From: a virus
Strand: one strand, 5' to 3'
IMG/VR virus record: IMGVR_UViG_3300035698_013362
Span: 1 to 64,000 of that record
Length of the DNA stretch: 64,000 nucleotides
Part shown: piece by piece, positions 59,015 through 64,000 of the stretch
Numbering within the stretch: position 1 is the first letter of the stretch
Layout of the letters: every line of letters begins with the position of its first letter
Notes under the pieces: generated by a model
The model's input: only the letters and a program-made list of their open reading frames with translations
Told to the model about the DNA's origin: nothing
The model's database searches: none
Program-made: the position numbers and the translations under genes

Positions 59015-59711
59015 ATGCAGCTTGAATTTAAAACAATCGAAGAGATTAAATCAGCTTTCCTTGATTTCGATGTAGCAGAACAACCTACTTTTAAGAAATA
59101 TGATGACAACGGTACATATACTATATACCGCATGTGGTACAAGGAAGATACATATAACTGGCGCCGTGATTCATATAAAGTGAAAGATATGGTGTACTGG
59201 TTGCTTGTTTCAAACAAAACTAATGCCGTCTTCACTCATAAAGATTCATTAAAACGAGCACGGATCTGGCTCGGTGTCCCTACTAAAAAGACCGTAGTAA
59301 AGCGCGAGATACGTTGTAAAGATACTAAAGTATGGGATAATCAGATTTGTGTTGATGGAAGCGCCAGCGGCGACAAGGCATGGTGTGGCATACGTTCTGT
59401 AGCAAACATTACACATGTTACTTACGCTGAAGCTCGCGACCTCTGTAAAGCATATGGTTGGACCAAACGAGGAATGTTCAATCATCAGATTAAGAAACTC
59501 TTTAAAGAAGAGGGATACACCGTAGAAGAAAAAAACCGAATCAGTCAGAGAACATGCTAAAACAATTAAAATGTTCGAACGACATGGTTTTGAAGGTAAA
59601 TGGTTGATCCATGTGAACGGTCATTTCGTAAGCTCTGTAAACGGTGTTGTGACGGATTGGTCTGCTGAAAGAAACCTTCGAATCATCAACGCCTGGCAGA
59701 TTTCGAAATAA
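59015..59711 (+). pseudogene. early protein with C39-like peptidase domain, frameshifted at an A run near 59530
   Basis: WCGIRSVA (Cys) in ORF 59015..59560; GHFV and DW lie in the shifted frame ending TAA 59709-59711. Confidence 0.7.
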
Positions 59712-59723
59712 AAGTGAAATTAA

Positions 59724-59777
59724 CTATGTACAAATGATATCACGTTGAGTATACTCTTCTCATACTTAACAACAACT
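59724..59777 (+). repeat. 54-bp exact direct repeat carrying an early promoter, copy 2
   Basis: Identical to 44200..44253. Confidence 0.92.
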
Positions 59778-59804
59778 ACACTAATTAACTAACGGAGAAA
59801 CACA

Positions 59805-60560
59805 ATGAATGCATCAGTACTGAACGACAAGAACTGGATCAAAACCACTAACATGGATCAGCTTCGCGGAGTTGCTGCAAATTCAGAAGGTCCTCGCCAT
59901 TGCCCAGTAAACCACGGTGAAATGCTTCATCGCTTTAAAGAACGTGGTGAAGCCAAAGGAATCGTTGTTTCAGCCGAGCAGGGATTGCTCAGCCCGAACG
60001 GAAAACGTTTCATGTATGTAGCTGATGTTGAAGATCCTAACCTCGATTCAGATTACAAATTCACCGTCGGCTTCATTAACTTCAACGATCGCTCACGTTC
60101 CTTCACTGGAATTGCCGGTCAGCGTGTTATGATCTGTTCTAACCTTTGTGTAACAGGTATGCTTGAAGATGCGAGAACACGTCACAGCACATTCGTTGAT
60201 AGTCGTCTCGATGGTAAGATGGATACAATCTTCGATCGCTTTAAAGTGATCAGTGACGCTCAGAAGGTCAATGTCGAACGAATGAAAGCAACAACTCTTA
60301 ATGATGATTTGCTCGGTCGATTCCTCCTTGACTGCACTCGTACTGACTTCATGGGAGCGGCCAACACTCGTCGAATCATTACAGAGATCGATAAGCCCAC
60401 TCTGAATAATGTCGGTGATGATAGCCTATGGCGCTTGCACAATGCCGCTACCTACGTTCTTCGTGAAAACATTAAGAACCCAATTCTTGTTGCTGATTGT
60501 TCTAAGCTCATCAACGAAAAAGTCCTGAAGCTTGCTACAGGTATTTCTGAACTGATCTAA
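59805..60560 (+). CDS. DUF932-like early protein
   Basis: PVNH, NFNDRS, RVMICSNL, RH, SLWRLHNAAT. Confidence 0.75.
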   Translation: MNASVLNDKNWIKTTNMDQLRGVAANSEGPRHCPVNHGEMLHRFKERGEAKGIVVSAEQGLLSPNGKRFMYVADVEDPNLDSDYKFTVGFINFNDRSRSFTGIAGQRVMICSNLCVTGMLEDARTRHSTFVDSRLDGKMDTIFDRFKVISDAQKVNVERMKATTLNDDLLGRFLLDCTRTDFMGAANTRRIITEIDKPTLNNVGDDSLWRLHNAATYVLRENIKNPILVADCSKLINEKVLKLATGISELI

Positions 60561-60577
60561 CTTAACCATTAACCGAT

Positions 60578-60606
60578 AAAGCCTAGGAGCGATCCTAGGC
60601 TTTTTT
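60578..60606 (+). terminator. rho-independent terminator
   Basis: AAAGCCTAGGA-GCGA-TCCTAGGCTTTTTT. Confidence 0.9.
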
Positions 60607-60609
60607 GCG

Positions 60610-60617
60610 TATAAATA
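60610..60617 (+). promoter_or_regulatory. late promoter TATAAATA
   Basis: Exact consensus 5 nt before ATG 60623. Confidence 0.8.
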
Positions 60618-60622
60618 GAAGT

Positions 60623-61207
60623 ATGAACCCTATTTATGAAGCATATATCGGATGTACTGTTGAAAAGAAAGTCTCTGATGACTATTCAATCTATATTACA
60701 TGCACCCTATCCTCAGAGCTTCAGGATCGATGGAAGCTTTTAGTCCATAATCTTGACGAAGCAGAAACTGTTGAAACCGAGCCACATTGTACTTTCCTCT
60801 GGGCTAAGCTAGATGAAGAATTCAAAGAAGAAGAAATCTTCGACTTCCTTCAACCAATGCTTGAAGATATGGAATTCTACCTCATGCCACTTGGCTTCAA
60901 GATCTTTGAAGGTGTAAGTGATGGTGAACAGAACTGTTTAGTAGTTGGCCTCGATGCGCCTGGTGAAATAACCCAGCATCAGTTAGAGGTTAAGCGCAGA
61001 TTAAAAGAAGAAGGCATGGAGTTGATGCAGGAGTTCCCTGAGTGGAAACCTCATATGACCATAGCTTATTATCCAGTGGAAACAGAGATACGTTATGAGC
61101 AACCAAACAATGGAATGCTTAATACCCCAATCAAAACTAAAATTGACTTCATGAAGCTCAATAACGGCAAAGAACTTAAGTTCAATAAAGAGACTAAAGA
61201 AAAGTAA
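60623..61207 (+). CDS. 2H phosphoesterase (Acb1/gp57B/LigT-like) with IYEAY leader
   Basis: Two HxT motifs: PHCTF and WKPHMTIAY. Confidence 0.85.
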   Translation: MNPIYEAYIGCTVEKKVSDDYSIYITCTLSSELQDRWKLLVHNLDEAETVETEPHCTFLWAKLDEEFKEEEIFDFLQPMLEDMEFYLMPLGFKIFEGVSDGEQNCLVVGLDAPGEITQHQLEVKRRLKEEGMELMQEFPEWKPHMTIAYYPVETEIRYEQPNNGMLNTPIKTKIDFMKLNNGKELKFNKETKEK

Positions 61208-62253
61208 TGAGTACAAAACAAAATTACATACATTTTATGAATCCTGCAACTTTGGCCGCTCAACAGAAATTGATGGCTGGGTATTATCAACAAATGATCC
61301 AAATGTATGGAATATCTATTCAATATTTTAGAAAGAAATATGAATTTTTTGATCCGGATGGGTTACTTAATGCTGATGGTGATGTTAATTGGACATATGG
61401 GTATGATAATGCTTATGAGTTTGGTAATGTTGTCGATATGATTGGTTATTGCGAATTTGGTAATGATGCATTCATTTTCTCTATGATCGGCGCTGATTCT
61501 GAACAAGATGGAAAGATTTATTTTACCAAGAAGCAATTTGAACTAGACTTTATTAGTGCTGTCGGACGTATGACGACTGAAACCTTCGAAACAACCTTCA
61601 CAGTTGATGTTGAAGGATTCAATGGAACATATCTACATACTGAAAATTACGATCCATTTAGTATAACGTTTACCGATGATGTCACGTTTGCTTCATCTGG
61701 TGTTATAAATGAACCTATTACTCTAACGGTTGAAGATATTGAGTCTCATATTCGAAACGATATCTGTGGTAATAAAGCTTACATCTATAACTGGTTAGTT
61801 CAAGGTGATATGGCTGGAACTATTAGTGGTGTTCTTGATGAAGATGGAAATGGAACTCTTACAATTTCTGCTTCAGGTGATTTGACTTACAACCGTCCTG
61901 CTAATGATGAAGAATCTAACGGATGGGGAATTGCTCCTCAGAATGGTGACTTCATTCGTATTACTTATGGTGATGCTACAACAGAAGACTTTGCAATTAC
62001 GTCTATTACAGACCGAGATTTGAATAACGATGGTATTTCCCCTTTCATGGGTAAGCTTGTTTGGAAGTGTAACTTTACACGTAGAACATACAGCCATGAG
62101 TCAGTTCCATCTGGTGAAATTGCTAAAGAACAAATTGAAAATGATTACCTTAATCAGGTGATCGAAATTAACGATACTATTTCAGATGAAATTTATGATT
62201 ATGACAATGATGATGATGGGGAAAACTCTAGCGATATATATGGTGGTTTTTAG
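61207..62253 (+). CDS. 14: neck/head closure protein gp14
   Basis: QQKL...QMIQMYGISIQYF, FSMIG, PQNGDFI, YSHE, DIYGGF. Confidence 0.8.
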   Translation: MSTKQNYIHFMNPATLAAQQKLMAGYYQQMIQMYGISIQYFRKKYEFFDPDGLLNADGDVNWTYGYDNAYEFGNVVDMIGYCEFGNDAFIFSMIGADSEQDGKIYFTKKQFELDFISAVGRMTTETFETTFTVDVEGFNGTYLHTENYDPFSITFTDDVTFASSGVINEPITLTVEDIESHIRNDICGNKAYIYNWLVQGDMAGTISGVLDEDGNGTLTISASGDLTYNRPANDEESNGWGIAPQNGDFIRITYGDATTEDFAITSITDRDLNNDGISPFMGKLVWKCNFTRRTYSHESVPSGEIAKEQIENDYLNQVIEINDTISDEIYDYDNDDDGENSSDIYGGF

Positions 62254-62276
62254 TAATTAATTTTATAAATAAGTAT

Positions 62277-62651
62277 ATGAAAAAACATATACTATATAAA
62301 ACTACAAATCAAATTAATAATAAAATATATATTGGTATTCATTCAACTGAAAATCTTGATGATGGATATTTAGGTTCAGGTAAAGTTCTCTAATTTGCAT
62401 TAACAAAATATGGTAAAGAAAACTTCACTAGAGAAATATTAGAGGAATTTAATACACGAGAAGAAGCATCTAATGCAGAAGAAAAAATAGTTAATGGTAC
62501 CTTTATAAGACATAGAGACAATTATAACACTAATACAGGTGGTGGACATAATTGGTATGGAATGGTTTCTGTTATTTACGAAAAACCTATAACAAAAAAG
62601 AACATAATAGGGTATTATGACCCTGAAGATGAAGAAATAGAGTTCCTTTAA
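62277..62651 (+). pseudogene. GIY-YIG homing endonuclease pseudogene (not in ORF track)
   Basis: TATAAATA 62264-62271; ILYKTTNQINNKIYIGIHST...GYLGSGKVL, TAA 62391-62393, FALTKYGKENF...YNTNTGG. Confidence 0.88.
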
Positions 62652-62689
62652 ACGATAAATAAAATAAAGGAATATCTCAGGAGAACTAT

Positions 62690-63244
62690 ATGTCAGACCT
62701 TAATAAATTCAAAGATTTTTTAGTAAACACTGAAGAATTGTATGAATATCAATTCCAGATTAACGTGTTCACAAATGGTGGGGATTTTGATCCTAACCTT
62801 ACTGAACTTAAAAACATAGCTTTCTATGTGAATACAACTACGTTGCCAGGTAAAAGCCTTGAACGTGCTGATGTATTCCACTTTGGTATGAACTTCAAAA
62901 AGCCTTCTCGTATGATCTATACTGATACAATTTCAGTTGATATGCGTGTTGATGCCAATATGAATCTTCATAAAGCTATATCTAATTGGATGGATACTTT
63001 CTACAATATCGGTGAAGGTGGAGCAGGCGATCGTGCCCTTCCACAATATAATATCAAGATGTACATCTTGGATAAAAACCTTAACCCAGTTGAAGGATCT
63101 AAAACCATTATTCTATCAGGTGTATATCCATCAAACGTAGGTGATATCAACCTTACTCATGAAGGCTCTGCTATTGCAATTTGCCCTATTGAATTCACTT
63201 ACCAATATTGGTATTATGAAGAAGATGGTGATCCTTTAGGATAA
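62690..63244 (+). CDS. 19: tail tube protein gp19-like
   Basis: TTTLPG, AISNWMD, LSGVYPSNVGDINL, IEFTYQYW; GATAAATA and AGGAG upstream. Confidence 0.85.
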   Translation: MSDLNKFKDFLVNTEELYEYQFQINVFTNGGDFDPNLTELKNIAFYVNTTTLPGKSLERADVFHFGMNFKKPSRMIYTDTISVDMRVDANMNLHKAISNWMDTFYNIGEGGAGDRALPQYNIKMYILDKNLNPVEGSKTIILSGVYPSNVGDINLTHEGSAIAICPIEFTYQYWYYEEDGDPLG

Positions 63245-63525
63245 TGATTTTCTTTGCTCTATCCGAAACCATGGCTGCTACTTATTCTGTAAAGGATGAG
63301 ATTCGCAATCAAGGTAAAGCTTTAAAGATGTTAGCTCAAGGCAATAAAAAACTTGAGCTAGTATTGATAGATTTGTATGGAGCAGAATTCAGAAAGATCA
63401 TTAATCAGTTTAAAAAGAATTATAAATCGCTACCTACTCCTGATGATTTAATTTGGGTAGCTGGTGTACACACAGGGAAAGACCCTAAGAAAGTAGCTAA
63501 AGAATTGGCTAAAGGAACAAAGTAA
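63244..63525 (+). CDS. small late protein
   Basis: MIFFALSE leader, TAATG coupling. Confidence 0.6.
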   Translation: MIFFALSETMAATYSVKDEIRNQGKALKMLAQGNKKLELVLIDLYGAEFRKIINQFKKNYKSLPTPDDLIWVAGVHTGKDPKKVAKELAKGTK

Positions 63526-63827
63526 TGAAACCAACTATTGCAGAAGCATATCTAATGGCTGCTCAACCTATTGTTGAACAGAAAACTGAATCACTTGATG
63601 AATCCAAAGGTGGCATTATGCCTAACCTTAAGAAATGGGAATCAGCTGGCCGAAATTTAGCACCAAGTGAAAAAGCCGGATTGAAAGCTATTAAAGAAGC
63701 ATTATATGACTTTCATAGTGAAATTGAAGATTTAGCTGATACCCTTGGTGATGCTTTATCGCCAGGTCTTAAATATACTATTAAGAAAGACCTAAAGGCT
63801 TACGCCGAAACTTTAGCACGAGGATAA
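63525..63827 (+). CDS. putative internal head protein (IAEAY leader)
   Basis: MKPTIAEAY...SLDE. Confidence 0.65.
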   Translation: MKPTIAEAYLMAAQPIVEQKTESLDESKGGIMPNLKKWESAGRNLAPSEKAGLKAIKEALYDFHSEIEDLADTLGDALSPGLKYTIKKDLKAYAETLARG

Positions 63828-63829
63828 TT

Positions 63830-64000
63830 ATGAAACCTAATATTGCCGAATCTTATATGCGCTCAGCACATGTAATTAATGAATCTGCTGGCTCGGCAGG
63901 AACCCAACGTGGGTATGTAAAAACTACTCTTATGCGTTATGCTAAGAAAGTTGGGATTAGTCTTAACTTTGATTCTAAACTAGGGTATGATGTTTATACT
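63830..64000 (+). CDS. putative internal head protein (IAESY leader), runs off window
   Basis: MKPNIAESYMRSAHVINE; open to window end. Confidence 0.65.
   Translation, partial: MKPNIAESYMRSAHVINESAGSAGTQRGYVKTTLMRYAKKVGISLNFDSKLGYDVYT

Noticed and set aside
111-62097. Numerous short antisense or overlapping ORFs in the track (e.g. 111..392, 39564..39989, 48552..49037, 49924..50277)
   Set aside because: They are shadows of well-supported genes and lack recognisable motifs or expression signals.
434-62651. Stop-codon reassignment as the explanation for in-frame stops
   Set aside because: The internal stops include TGA, TAA and TAG and co-occur with frameshifts. All three codons end intact genes, and core genes read through in the standard code.
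1-64000. CRISPR array, rRNA or complete tRNA genes
   Set aside because: No regularly spaced repeat-spacer array or full cloverleaf was seen. The repeats found are promoter copies or coding repeats.

Overview
This is an AT-rich fragment of a large T4-superfamily myophage genome, with no host DNA evident. Replication and recombination genes include gp61 primase, a two-subunit type II topoisomerase, a split NAD-dependent ligase, RNase H, endonuclease VII, gp46/gp47, UvsY/UvsW and the late sigma factor gp55. Virion genes include baseplate gp6/gp25/PAAR/gp5/hub/gp53/gp48/gp26/gp54-like proteins, a tape measure, neck gp13/gp14, tail tube and fibre-like proteins. A dispersed sugar/base-modification set comprises four glycosyltransferase-like genes, an acetyltransferase, a methyltransferase and a thymidylate-synthase-fold enzyme. 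Three promoter classes are readable from the DNA. Main leads: (1) six otherwise unrelated late proteins share an N-terminal M-x-x-(x)-I-[FYA]-E-[SA]-Y leader resembling a capsid-targeting signal, and one is an Acb1-like 2H phosphoesterase, suggesting packaged anti-defence cargo; (2) a likely -1 frameshift joins gp26 to an unannotated gp51-like frame; (3) gp55 carries a ~97-aa insertion; (4) a free-standing Hint domain lacks its catalytic residues; (5) all five GIY-YIG endonuclease copies and many small accessory genes carry lesions, while core genes are intact. All family assignments come from motif recognition by eye; no searches were run.
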